Source: Podarcis tiliguerta
Taxonomy: Eukaryota
Assembly (NCBI GenBank): GCA_965153285.1
Contig: OZ229118.1
Length of the DNA stretch: 64,000 nt
Direction: 5' to 3' (one strand)
Shown: positions 37,701 to 50,375 of the stretch, piece by piece
Layout of the letters: each line of letters begins with the position of its first letter
Position numbering within the stretch: position 1 is the stretch's first letter
Made by a program: the position numbers and the translations under genes
Notes under the pieces: model-generated
Told to the model about the DNA's origin: nothing
The model's database searches: none
What the model saw: only the letters and a program-made list of their open reading frames with translations

Positions 37701-40209
37701 CCTACAGACATTTCTTCACCATCTGCATTGTATTTCCTTGCATTGAAATAAATGGGGTGAAATAACATAATGACAATGTAATCAATTATGTAACTTATGT
37801 AACTAATATATTTTTGCCATGATGGATAGTGAGATGAATAGTGTAGATTTAGGCAGAAGACCAACTACAGTGGAACTGAAACATTGCTGGGTGTGACAAA
37901 TACAAGGTGGAGATTAAATGATTTTTTTCTTACATCCCTGTTTGGCAGGAACCAAAAGAAGCCAACCTAAATTATATTGGGTGTCTGTGGAGTTATTACA
38001 GTACCAACAAGCAATCACTGAAACTGCCCTGCCTGCCACTGCATACCCCCTTACCCCCAAATCAGAGCATTTGTAAACGGTGTGAAGGTGGATTTCACAC
38101 GCCACTCTGCTTTGTTTCCCCTGATTTTTTCTTCTTCAATTTTAAGGCTTACTTTCTGGGATGCTGCTTCAGAACGTATTTTCAAATAAAGATAATAATA
38201 ATCCCGTCTGCTATCTGAGACTGGTTTCAGTGGAGAGACAAATCTCCCACAACTATCCATTTTATTCTATGCACAACCTGACTTTGCTCCTAAGATACTA
38301 TTTTGTGGTAGAGTTCATATCTTAAGTTTGAAGTACAATAATTATCTGCTTTCAGATTTCCCAGTAATCATCACATCTGCTTGGTCACTTGAGTACCAGC
38401 TTTCAGCTTAGGGTCTTTAGTTTATCAATTTCAATACCCTTGTTGAGTGAGATAAAAGGATCTTTATTTATGAGGAATGGGGTATGTGGAATAAGATTAT
38501 GCTTCCTAATATTTTGATCTAGAGATTTCCAACCCATTTTGTTATAACGTAAGAATTTTGACTGAGTTAGGAGTCCCATTCTCCATCGCTCTATGTTACA
38601 CTGACTACACCTTGCATGTTGCAATGTCCTCTACTTGGGAACTTGCTTGACATTTGGAAACCAAATTCACAGGACCCCTTCTGTACATATTAGGAAGGCC
38701 CTGTTTCATAAATTGAAGGAGCATAGATCCAGCAGAACTGCCTAAATTAAATTAAATTAAACTAAAGTGTGGGAGGTAATTTTTCAAAATCTTCCTTCCT
38801 CTGAAATCTCTAGAGATTGCTCCAGAAAGTTGCCAATGTTCTAGAGCAGATTTGAGGTTTAAAGTGGAACAGGTAGCCAAGACCCAAGAGTGCCCCAACA
38901 TATGAGTGGAAATCCACTCATGAAACTCTAAGATGTTATATTTAAATTAATTGCCAGTCACAGGCTAAATTTATTTTGGTTCCTTCAAAATACTGACACA
39001 TTAAAGGTCAAGGTACAACATTATCCTTTCTTAGCTACAGAAGTATCATCCTTTAGCAAAGAGTAACATCTTTTAACACAGAACTACACCGAGCATTTTT
39101 GCTATTTATTATTGTACAAATATTTCTTACCAGCCACTGTTCAGATTACTTTCAGAAATATTCATATTTTTGTATGGATGTTGTTCCTTTCCCATTCATT
39201 ATATTTGAGGCAATCTGACCTTGTGTGATCTCTTTTGTAGCTTCATATATTGTCTGCATACTAATCTATAATTTACAGTCTCCAAAGCAACTACTTGTGT
39301 GCATCTTTTCTGTCGTGTAAGAGAGATAAGATGCCCTGTCAAAGACTCAACAGCTTAGAGCAAATAAATAAAGAAAGAAATACACCCCCTACTTACTGCT
39401 TCCTGATATTTTAAACTATATGTCTACTACGAGAGTAACATGAAAAGGAGATTCCCTTATTTCCAAACCATTTTAGAACATCATCTGAAGCATGTGAGCA
39501 TGAATCAGGCACAATGTGTACATATAACTATAATTACATATCACTATAATTATGTGACCAAAGTCCCAATAGTTAAGGAACTGACGTCAGGTGCATTTTA
39601 CAAAATAGTAAGACTGCACATATTCACATTTAGGCTATGTTACCCTTGCTTTACCATGCAACATCATTATGCAGAATTCCTTTGAAGGCAACTGTTCATA
39701 TACTTATTTGCCACCCTATAAGTGTCACCATCTGTCCTGCTTCCTGCCTACTGTCCTGGCACCTGCTACTTTGTACAGCTGGCTGCCACCACTCTCCCTG
39801 TCACCTGCCAACCCTGAAGATTCCCACTGCCATGCCTACTCAGTCATCCTCTTCAAATCATTACAAAATCTTCAAGGCAATGAAATGAGGCATGAAAATA
39901 CTTTCACTGCATTGAAAGTTCTCATTTGCCATGTGTGACAGGATATAACCAAAGAAAACAAGAGAGAGAAAATTTCTTCCCACCAGGAGTGATGCCCTTT
40001 CATTTTGTTTCTTGGGTTTGTTCTAGTCACAGTGACTTGAGAATAATGTTGCAATTCAGTTGTTAGATAACATGATATCCTTTTATTTGGGAGTCAGTAT
40101 ATATACCCCTACCATTTTTCTCACCGGAGTCCAGAGCAGCATACACATAATTTTTAAAATCATCGAATTAAAACCAATGCTAAGCTACATACCTGATGGG
40201 GAATGCAAC

Positions 40210-40637
40210 CCCATCTAGAAGAGGTCACACGCCTAACTCCGGGACTCAAGAGCCACATATCCACAGTACCTCCACCGTCTTATCATGATTCAGCTTACTG
40301 TACTCTAAGCAGCCAGTCTCTGCCTTCAGAAACCAGTCTAGCTCATGAACAGCTTCTCCTGATTCAAAAGGAATTGCGAGATAGAACTGCATATCATCAA
40401 CATACTGAAAACGCCTCTGTCCAAATACTCTGCCCCAATGATAGGAGCATAACCACTACAGCTTGGTACCACGCAGTATCAATCCAGCAAGCAGCAAGAT
40501 ACCATGATTAATGGTATCAAAGACTGGCAAGTGGTCAAGAAGAGTCAACAAAGTAGTTTTCCCCATAAAGGTCAACAAGCAGGGCAACCCAGGCTGCTTT
40601 GGTGCCAGAACCAGACCTGAAGCTAGACTGAGATAGG
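40210..40637 (-). mobile_element. Decayed L2 LINE RT fragment with internal deletions
   Basis: Minus-strand translations QSSFRSGSGT, LLDHLPVFDTINHGILL and QYVDDMQ correspond to L2 QSGFRPGHGT, LLDLSAAFDT and QYADDTQ. Confidence 0.7.
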
Positions 40638-40713
40638 ACCACTGGTCCAGTTAGCTAGGGATGATGGAAGTTGTAGTCCAAAACAGCTGGAGGCCAAGGT
40701 TTGGGATAACCTG
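40637..40713. mobile_element. Half copy of the 6296-6430 hairpin MITE
   Basis: GACCACTGGTCC...AGCTAGGGATGATGG..GTTGTAGTCCAAAACA.CTGGAGGCCAAGGTT matches the right arm of 6296-6430. Confidence 0.85.
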
Positions 40714-41888
40714 GTCTAGATAATCCATTTTATTCTTACATATATTCAGTCAGTCAGTTCCCACTCTCTCTAGGTGCTTCCAGATAGGGAGCTTAATTTG
40801 CAAAAGAGTCGCTGAGTTATTGCCAACAAGATGTTGTCGTTATACTCACTGGATTTCCCCGGGAAAGGGTAAACCTGGATTAAATGGAGAGAAATATTGG
40901 GGGAGGGATTAAGGGCTGGCAGTTTGATGCCAACAATGGCATGTAGATTCTGCACAAAACTGCACAACTTGTGTGCACAAGGAAACACCTTTAATCGTGT
41001 TGCCCAAGAAAAGGATATTTATGACTGGACAGTAGTTATCAAACAGCTCTGGGTCCTGGGAGGGGCTTTTTAAAGAATGGGCATGTTTCCTTCATGGTGG
41101 TAGACACCCCTCCCACAGTATTTGAGTTGGACTTTGTCTCTGTGAACTTCTGTTCTGTTCTCACTTACCCTTCTCTGCAGGGAAGAAGCATAACATACAT
41201 ATATAAGCCTATTTATTAGAAAATCTTTATCACAATGTCTGCATCATCTAGGGGAACAGAGGATATGAAATCTTTTTATAATTTGTGTTTCCAACGCTAC
41301 TTTAGAGGGGCAGATGGCAAACAAAACAAAACAAAAAAAGTGTGTACAATTTCCACAATAAGGACGTGAATCAGCAGGGCTACAGACTGTGCAATTCACA
41401 CACCTTGAGTGACAACATGAAGTCTCTTTAATTGCCAGCCATGAATTTCCTCCTAGTTACTGCACAATGTGTTTGGAGTGCAATGCCTGATGACATCACT
41501 GCCCACTTTCACAGTTTATTGTTACACAGAAAAGAAGTTCAGTTCCCAAGATAAAGGACAATTCTGAGCTTCTGAATGCAGAAGCTAGCCATCCGTTCAT
41601 GCTGACAGGACATACAGTTAAGGACACTGTCAGAATCAGAGTGGAACATTTTCTAATTCATTTGCAATTGCCACCCACAGCGGGTTGTTAATGGCACGTT
41701 GGCACCAATCAACAGCTTGTTGTTTATTACTGTCATCAAACACTTCTCTGTTCTCTCACTTGACCAGCCTGCAACAGTGCTGGGCAGAAGGAGATGGCTG
41801 AAAACCAGCTGAAGTAATGGCCAATGTGGCTTCTGAACACACTCAAAGATCTGTCGTTCCAGTTAACTCAAAAAATGAGTTAACCACT

Positions 41889-42000
41889 ACCAGCATGGTG
41901 TAGTGGTGAAAATGCTGTACTAGGGCTTGGGAGACAAGAGTTCAAATCCCCATTCATCCAGGAACACCACTGAGTGATATTGAGCTAGTCACTATCTACC
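41889..42000 (+). mobile_element. tRNA-derived (MIR/CORE-like) SINE head
   Basis: A-box-like TGGTGTAGTGG and B-box-like GAGTTCAAATCC. Confidence 0.6.
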
Positions 42001-43157
42001 TGCCACCACCGTTGTGGTAGTCAATGAAAACAGAATCCCATTTCATATCTCCATAGGAAAAGCCTAGCAATGAGAAGCATTTGCAAAAGTACCAAAACAG
42101 TGTCCCTGGAACTTACTATATAACACATTCTGTTCTCCAAGTTTACTTGAGAATGAGGACACCACAAATACCTGTCTCTGTTCTTCAGTTACTGAATGTT
42201 ACTTCCTCCCCTGAAATTTTGTTCAGACCCATCATCTGATGACAGCATTACAAAATATTGAGAGTAAATAAACGATTACAGAACAAAAAACACAGAGAGA
42301 GATTTACCAATGTACCTGCAGTATGGAATGAAGGGAGAGAGCACTAAACAGGTTGAAATGCTTCATCTGTCTTAGCTGAGATATGAAAACTTTGGTTTTA
42401 TGTATTTTGTGTAGTTTACTTTTTTTTTCCAGGAACACGCTTCAGCTTTCCATCATGAAATGAAACAGGACAACATATTGAAATGTACACATATGGTTGG
42501 CAGCATCTAACAAACTCATCACTAGATTAGCTCATGGTTCATGTCCTCCCACTGATCTAAAAGCCAGCAAATAGTATAAGAAAATATCTTGTACAACAGC
42601 AAAGAACAATCAAGAAGACCTAGCTGGTTTAGAATCTCCCTTATCTTGATAGATGTGGTCTGTGACTGAGTTCCTCATTGAGCTGAGTCTGCACAGGAAG
42701 AATTCAGGTCAGACACCAGGGAAAGACAAGGAGGCAATTTATCCCTTTTCCCTGCCTCAGACACCCAATTTGTGTGCTTTTACAAGTGAAGGGAAGAGCC
42801 ACTTCCTCTATTTTTGGAGGGGGTAGGGTAGAAGAAAGAAAGTGACAAAATAATGAATGGGAAGCAAGTTTCCAAATTAAATTCCCTATGGCCATATCTG
42901 TGCATACTTTATCAACATACAGGAACAGATGCCAGACACTTTGGGCTCCTCTTTTATATACGTTGTTAAGCCTGACTGGTGGCCTGCCATAGGGCCAATG
43001 CAAAAACGCTTTCCTGACAGGCAGAAAGTGTTGGCTAAAGTTCTCTGTAACAGTTAAAACTGGAAATATGACAATCTCTGAAAAGTAGTACTTACATAGC
43101 TTTAGAAGGCATAGTATGACTCCAGATAAGCCATTTATTTTCTGCTTAAATTCTAAT

Positions 43158-43236
43158 GTAAAGGTAAAACTGCTGACCTTCTGATCAGCACGCCCAATAG
43201 GCTCAGTGGTTTAGACCACAGCACCACCCACGTCCC
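43158..43236 (-). mobile_element. Internally deleted Sauria SINE (head joined to tail)
   Basis: Tail GTAAAGGTAAA abuts the ~65-nt head (...GGTTTAGACCACAGCACCACCCACGTCCC). Flanked by the direct repeat TTAAATTCTA (43146-43155, 43239-43248). Confidence 0.85.
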
Positions 43237-44162
43237 TTTTAAATTCTAGTATACAGTGGTTTCAAATACCGTATCCCAAGATATCTGTGCAACAGAATTT
43301 CCCTTCACTGTCTCTTCTCCTGGCACACCCCTGAACCCTGCCCCAAATCTGCTCCAGAGGGTTAGGAGAACCCCCAAAAGAGACTAACAGGGTGCAGGGG
43401 GTAAAGAAAGGGAACGGAAGTTTCACTGCAAGCCATAACTCTTTACAGTAATGGAATTTCTCTGTTGAATATTGCCCATAATATTTAAATTATGCGTATT
43501 TTTACAGTCGGATATTATAATACAACCATAATAATGCTGCAAAATGTCATGATCCAAATCAGATTCTGTTCAAACTCTATGAAAAAAATACATTTTGATA
43601 GGCATAATGAACATTCTTATTATTACGAACTACTATAGCTAACCTGCCATTTCTGAGATTCCAGTTGATATGTACAGACAAATTGGGTCAATATCACTAA
43701 AGAACAAACCGTGAGGTTCCTTTTGCTTTGGGTGCCACTACTTTGTGGGAGAGATTCAAATGCAAACTGGAAATTTATGTTTCCACAATTAAAGAGAAGT
43801 AGAACACACTGTTGTCCTGGCACAACAAATCCACTTTATTTATTTTTTTAAAAAATTGCAGTTAGGACTGTGATGGGAAAATGCATAGAAAAGGATGGGA
43901 TAAATGGATGATTAACCAGAATATATACATAAACACCCTGCAAGCAAATCAGATGAATGTTCATTGTTGTATAACCACCCTGCAAGCAAAGTAGAACAAA
44001 TGTTCAATAAAGATCAGACATGCTCTAACCTCCATGTAAGCTTTTTTGAATGAAATCAGGAAGAAAACACAATAAAGAGGTCATCTGGAGGAGACATTAG
44101 CCATCTTACTGTCAAATGTCAAACATCCTGTTGTATTTTTAAAGGACAGTATAAGGAGAGGT

Positions 44163-44518
44163 GGGACGTGGGTGGTGCTGTGGTCTAAACCACCTAGCCT
44201 AGGGCTTGCCAATTGGAAGGTCAGCAGTTTGAATGATGGGGTGAGCTCCCGTTGCTTGGTCTCAGCTCCTAGCAGTTCGAAAGCACATCAAAGTGCAAGT
44301 AGATAAATAGGTACTGCTCCGGCGGGAAGGTAAATGGTGTTTCTGTGCACTGCTCTGGTTTCGCCAGAAGTGGCTTAGTCATGCTGGCCACATGACCTGG
44401 AAGAACTGTCTGTGGACAAACGTTGGCTCCCTCAGCCAGTAAAGCGAGATTAGCGCTGCAACCCCAGAGTCGTCCACAACTGGACTTAACTGTCAGGGGT
44501 TCTTTACCTTTACCTTTT
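44163..44518 (+). mobile_element. Full-length Sauria SINE
   Basis: GGGACGTGGGTGG head to CTTTACCTTTACCTTTT tail. 13-bp TSD TATAAGGAGAGGT (44150-44162) / TATAAGTAGAGAT (44519-44531). Confidence 0.94.
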
Positions 44519-46727
44519 TATAAGTAGAGATAGACATCAAGCATGCAAAATTTCATCCGTATAATTCATTTCCCAATAACAGTGTTCATTAGTGGTCAGG
44601 GCACTAGTAAATTTGCATGCATGAGGAACTCCCACAAGTAGCTTGATGGGAGGGTGAGAAAGCATACTCTGTAGAGGATAAATGGTTCTTATCCAGGATG
44701 GTTAAATGCTTCCTCCAGTATCAGAAGATAAACAAGAAACAAGACACTGTACAAGACAGAGCTTTGGTCTGAGAAAGCAGAACTCAACTTAAATTCTGAC
44801 AGCAGGCACTCTGGTCTGTGAATCTCAGCTATTTGCAGCAAAGGAGTTAAATGAAAAAGTTACATTGAGCAGAATGTAAATGCACATTAACAACATGTAC
44901 AAGTGCTCCTGAGTTTAATTGTTCTGGTTGTCACATATGAGACCATCCTTCAATATAATGCAGAACCGCTAGTCTAATTTCAGCTCCCACACCTTTCACC
45001 CTTCCAATAATTATGCATTCTTCCTAAAATGCCATCCCATCAGCATCTACTTCACTTCCTTTGTTGCGTGACCTCCACAAGTCGAGTCAGTCAACTGTTA
45101 TGCTAAACTTTTAAACTGAAATTACTATAGGCTTCCTCAAATGCAAAAGTTATTAGCAGGGCAGCAATTATGGAATGAAGAAAATGCAGTGCAATGGTCA
45201 CTGCATTTCTATTACACTGCAGAGATGAGCCAACAAAACAAAACAAAATTGCCTCATTTGTACTGCATTCATATTAAAAATGTAGACTGGATTTTATTCC
45301 AATGCAAGCAGACTCTTATAAAACATCTTGTAGACCTCAAATTTAAAAGGCTCCATTATGTACTAACAGAACTGAAATTGTATCCATAACTTTAACTTCT
45401 TCCTTGGCATTAGGCTTGCCAGAAATAAACTGAATATAAAAGCTCTGCCTCATGTTCTGTATGAAATGCTCCTGTATGTGTGTTTTCTGCATGGAAAAGG
45501 GGGGTCTTGCCACCTCTAACAGTTATTGTTAGATTAATCATTTCTTTGTGCTCACAGTGGGGGAACTTAAAGATCATTTAAAAATACCAGCTTATGTCTC
45601 TCAGCCCTATGGATATGCACTAAAATGTACATGGGCTTAAAATGCAATCAAAGTGCAGGATCATGTCTATAATTAAACTCCATTGTCTACAGAGCACACA
45701 TCTCTTAACAGAGCAGTTGGAATGGATACAGCACTTCCAGAACCAAGTTAGGGGGAAATGAACTAAGCAGAAAGGCACAAATCAATGGTCAAGACTTAAG
45801 CAAAACCTAACCGGTAACTCCATATGCATTTGATCAATGTGAGATGAATTTATTATAATTCTTGAAGGCATTTTAATGAGCAACATTGTTTTCATGGTGA
45901 AGTGTATATGAAGAGGGGTTAGTTGTATGAGTTAAAGACACGCATCTTTTAAAAAATATGGCTCCTCAGTTGGAAAGAACATAAGTTCTGCATCACATAC
46001 ATGCTTGGATTTCATGGGTACTTCTCAAACCAGTATCAGAGAATAGCAACCCTATTGTAAAAATCTGCACATAAATTAGGCCTCAGTAATGGACTGAGAA
46101 GTTCAATCACTGTAAAATTGTCATGGGCTCTTATTTTCTGAATTTTCGGCACCCATTAGTTTTGTATTGTATTGCCCTGTGACTTCAAAAGCCCCCAAAC
46201 TTCTCACAATCACATGAAACAAAATTTTAAAAAATTATCAAAATAAACATTAATATTTGTCCCGACAGATAAAAAGAGTGAAAAGCAGAATCAAAACAGC
46301 AGTGACAAACAAGATAGAAGCCAGGATCTTAAAATAATACAAAAGCTTTAGACAACAAGGCAAGATAGAATGGTAACTCAAAGATTAGGCTTCTAGCAGG
46401 AAGCTATACACATGCAGCCTCTGCAGTGGTTACATATTTCTCCATTAAACTCTGGAACTGCTTTACTTTATCACAGTTTTATTCACCTCTTCAAACCAAG
46501 GTCATAGGAATCTTGGTTACAACAGTGTCAAAAGCCACGCTTGATCTATATTCCAAGGCTTCTCAGAAAAGACACAGAGAAAACTGGGCGTAGCTGAGAC
46601 ACATATCTAGGGGAAGAGAGTTTTGTCGGATTACGTTTTCCTACCATTTCTTCACAATACACTGTGCAGAATTTTTCAGCACTCTAGCTGAATTAACTTC
46701 AAAATATGCAGCTGGCTAGAGTCTTCA

Positions 46728-47054
<327 letters not shown>

Positions 47055-47194
47055 TTACTGTCATACACAAAGTGGCTCAGAAATAATCAAAAACAATGAA
47101 GAAACAAATTCTGGAAACTAGCATAGTCTACTCCATATCCATCTATTGCTAAACAAGAATAAGGGGGCAGAAATAGAAAAGGGTGGTGTATACT

Positions 47195-47301
47195 GGGGTG
47201 GTCATCAACTAACCATTACTCAGAGTAGACCCATTGAAATGAATATTAGTTACATCCATTAATTTCAATAATGTCTACCAAAGTTAGTTGAATGCCACCC
47301 C
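47195..47301. repeat. Palindromic MITE-like relic
   Basis: GGGGTGGTCATCAACTAA ... TTAGTTGAATGCCACCCC outer arms; GTAGACCCATTGAAAT ... ATTTCAATAATGTCTAC inner arms. Confidence 0.75.
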
Positions 47302-48931
47302 TGAAATTTGCAAGAAATTGTTTAGGAAAGCAGACTTACTCAACGTGATAATTTCAGCAATTTTCCTGTCAATGAAAATTGCTTTTGGACAATTCAAGTA
47401 CTCAGGAGTCAGGGGAATTTTTTTTTTTTTTGCTGGGGGAAGACTGAGGTATATGTCCTAAATGGAAGGGAGAAAAAGGACCCAGCCATGGTTCATGAAA
47501 ATCTGTTTTAAGATTCACTTAATGACATTTAATGGTGTTGTTGATTAGCGGTGGCTTGTTCCTATTGAGAATGGTGGGGTAAAGCCCAAATAGCAGGCGG
47601 AGCCTGAGCCAATGACAAACAGAATTAACTGATTCTAATTTTGTCCCTATCCTTCCTTCCATGCTTCATTTAAAGGATCAAAGTCCTGCAAAACCAGTTC
47701 TGTTCTCCTTTCCTGCTACTCGAGCATTCTTCATTGGAAATTCCAAAGAGTGTTACCCAAAACAAACATGCCACAACTGAGTGAAATTCTTTAGGACTGT
47801 CATGTTCTCATATTTTAGGTGCTGTCTCGGAAATTGGGTTTAACATCCTGAGGGGCAGTGCCCAGTTGTGCACCTTCAAAGAAGGCCTCATCCTGGGATT
47901 CAGTCCCCAAACCTCATAGGCTCTTCCCCAGGTCCTCACTCATGCATCATAACATTTTTTTAAGTTGTGGAAACACAACACCATCTATACCAATAAAAGT
48001 TATATGTGCATCTTATTTAAAGTATCAACAGTTCTTGTAACTCAGGATCCCTCCAGAAGCCCTTCTTTTTATTGTGCATTCTTGATCATTTGTACTCAGG
48101 GGCAGTTATACACAATCCAGCTTTCACTACTGTTCATACCTGCAAAAAAAAGGGGGTGGGCTAACATGCTGCTTTGTTTCCAATCAGTGCTTACCCATAG
48201 CATCCTACTGAAATGTTGTAGCTTTTCATGTTTGGGGATAGGGGTGTCCTGCTTTTGTTGTGCTATAGTGCAAGGGTGTTGCTCGAGATGACAATAATGT
48301 GGTAACATTGGGAAAGCCTTGTAGAGCAACTTGTGGATGGTTTAGTATAAATTCATTGTTAGTTCACTATTATTGCATGAATGACATGTGGTAGAAAAAA
48401 ATAAAAACCAAGGGGACCTCATTCTGCTGAGGAGTGTGTGTGTTTGTGTTTGTAGAATTGGTTGTCATGCAATCTATTAAACTCTTTGAGACTTCTGAAT
48501 GCTGGCCTACATACAATTTTATTCAAGGTTAATTAGCTCAGATTAGTTAAGGTAAAGTAGTCAGCCTATATTGACTCCTACATCAGCATACTTACAGGGG
48601 ATTAAAGGCCTTCTGCTGTGTTCAGTTTAGCCCTCATTCCCAGAAAGTCAATCTTAGTTAGGAAAGGGAACTTTGACCTGCTCAAACAAGAGCTGAGATC
48701 CAGGGGGTCTCGTTCTGCATGCGCAACACATTCATATGCACACTAGGTTTTCTGTATTATTCTCCCTTACTATAGCTCTCTATGCGGCTCATTTGTGCAA
48801 GCTGATAAATAGTTTAAATCCAGCAACAAACCCTGGGAGTTTTGAAAGTCTCTTATTTGCCATACTTTTTTTTTAGTGGCACCGATGGGGAGACTATATT
48901 ACTGGAAACTCTGTGTGTGAGAGAGAGGCGG

Positions 48932-48934
<3 letters not shown>

Positions 48935-48979
<45 letters not shown>
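48935..48979. repeat. (GA)n microsatellite
   Basis: Perfect GA run. Confidence 0.96.
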
Positions 48980-48981
<2 letters not shown>

Positions 48982-49460
48982 TATCTACAGAACAGATCAG
49001 TATGGATTAATGAATCCTCAAAATAACACCACCAAGGAGAGGGCTAAGAGAGACCTAGTGGAATTATATACTGCAGATTGCATAGCATGACACAAGTAAA
49101 TATGATGATATACTGCAGATGCAGTTATTCTTTTCAGTGTACTGTAACCATAAATTCTATTTGCACTCACTTAAAAAAAAAAGTAAAGCACTATCAATTA
49201 TTTCAAGAGGTATGAAAAACGCAAAAGCATATCTTCAAATTCCCCGGGAATATTTTGTTACATGGCTATATTTCTATTTGATTTTCCTGAGCAGCTAAAT
49301 TCTTCAACACATAACACATACTCATTGGTAAGGAATACTATATGCATGTATGAGGTAAGTAGAGATGTGGGCAATACGGACATACACTCAGAATGTTTGA
49401 TTCACACCCCCACATCCCCAGCGCAACTCAGATGATGCAAGCTAAGAATCTGTCAGTATT

Positions 49461-49782
49461 TGTTATGTATTCAGTGGTCTGTGTTTGCCTGAGCTTGAGT
49501 CTGGACTAAGGAATCTGAGCTCCTGTGTTCTGATTCGATACAAGATATCCAATCACAGAACATTTCAGGATGTGGGCCTCTGCCATTGGCTCTTAAACTC
49601 TGAGTCATGATTCGCTGCTTAGAAGTTTAGACAGCCAATCACATTGGGAGTGGGAGTGGCCCAGGCTTTCAGAAATGTATATAAGCAGTTGCTTTGCCCC
49701 TGTTGTCCAGTTCTGTTAGTTCATTAAGGGTTTTTGCTGTTATCACTGTGTCTTGCCTCGTGGGAACCCACCTACACTTAAA
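49461..49782 (+). mobile_element. Probable solo LTR
   Basis: Starts TGTTATG and ends ACTTAAA (decayed ...CA), flanked by 4-bp TATT on both sides. Contains CCAAT boxes, TGAGTCA and TATATAA in U3-like order. Confidence 0.65.
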
Positions 49783-50175
49783 TATTAATGTACACATATT
49801 GCTTTACAACAATTTAGCTTGTAGGCACAGTGCTCAAATACTTCCTCACCATGTGTAACTCACTACCATAAACATTGAGACAGCAGACATAAAATAAAAA
49901 AAATGGGAGAAAACCGATTATCAACTGTAACTGCAAAAACTGAGAGAGAAACTGCTGTGGATTTCTTATTTGCTAACTTGAGTAGTTTTTCTATCACATA
50001 CTTTCAGCAGCACTTCCATATTAATTATGCCAGAGTTGTTATATTCCATATAACTGTATGCTCAAATGTATTTCTCCTAAAACAAATGAGTATATATCTG
50101 GATTTTAATGGACAGTGCACGCCAAGGAAGCTCTACAGAGACTCATTAACCATTTTGTCTAAGCCCGTAGGGGGT

Positions 50176-50375
50176 TTGGCCACACCATCAGCCTGACAAA
50201 GATCAACATGCAGGTTCAGGATTGTGCCAGCGCTCCACGCATCAGCATTGATGACTACACGCTTAAGGTATGCACTGAATCAGGAAGGTTTTGGACATCA
50301 CATGGCAGAACAGAGTCTCAAACAATGGTGTGCTTTCCCAGACCACATTCCCAGCATGTTTGCACTCCTTTCTCA
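50176..50375 (+). mobile_element. RTE-clade LINE fragment, internally deleted
   Basis: FGHTISLTKINMQVQD...PRISIDDYTLKV resembles RTE FGLTISLKKTNVMGQD. It is joined to DITWQNRVSN, which resembles GITWQDRVSN and normally lies further downstream. Confidence 0.7.

Noticed and set aside
41889-41955. tRNA genes suggested by A/B boxes (also in the Sauria SINE heads)
   Set aside because: No complete cloverleaf, and the sequence continues into SINE bodies.
16043-44518. 28-kb inversion mediated by the two inverted SINEs
   Set aside because: A crossover would swap flanks. Instead the 44-kb copy keeps both TSD halves and its 3' flank is duplicated, which fits copying rather than inversion.
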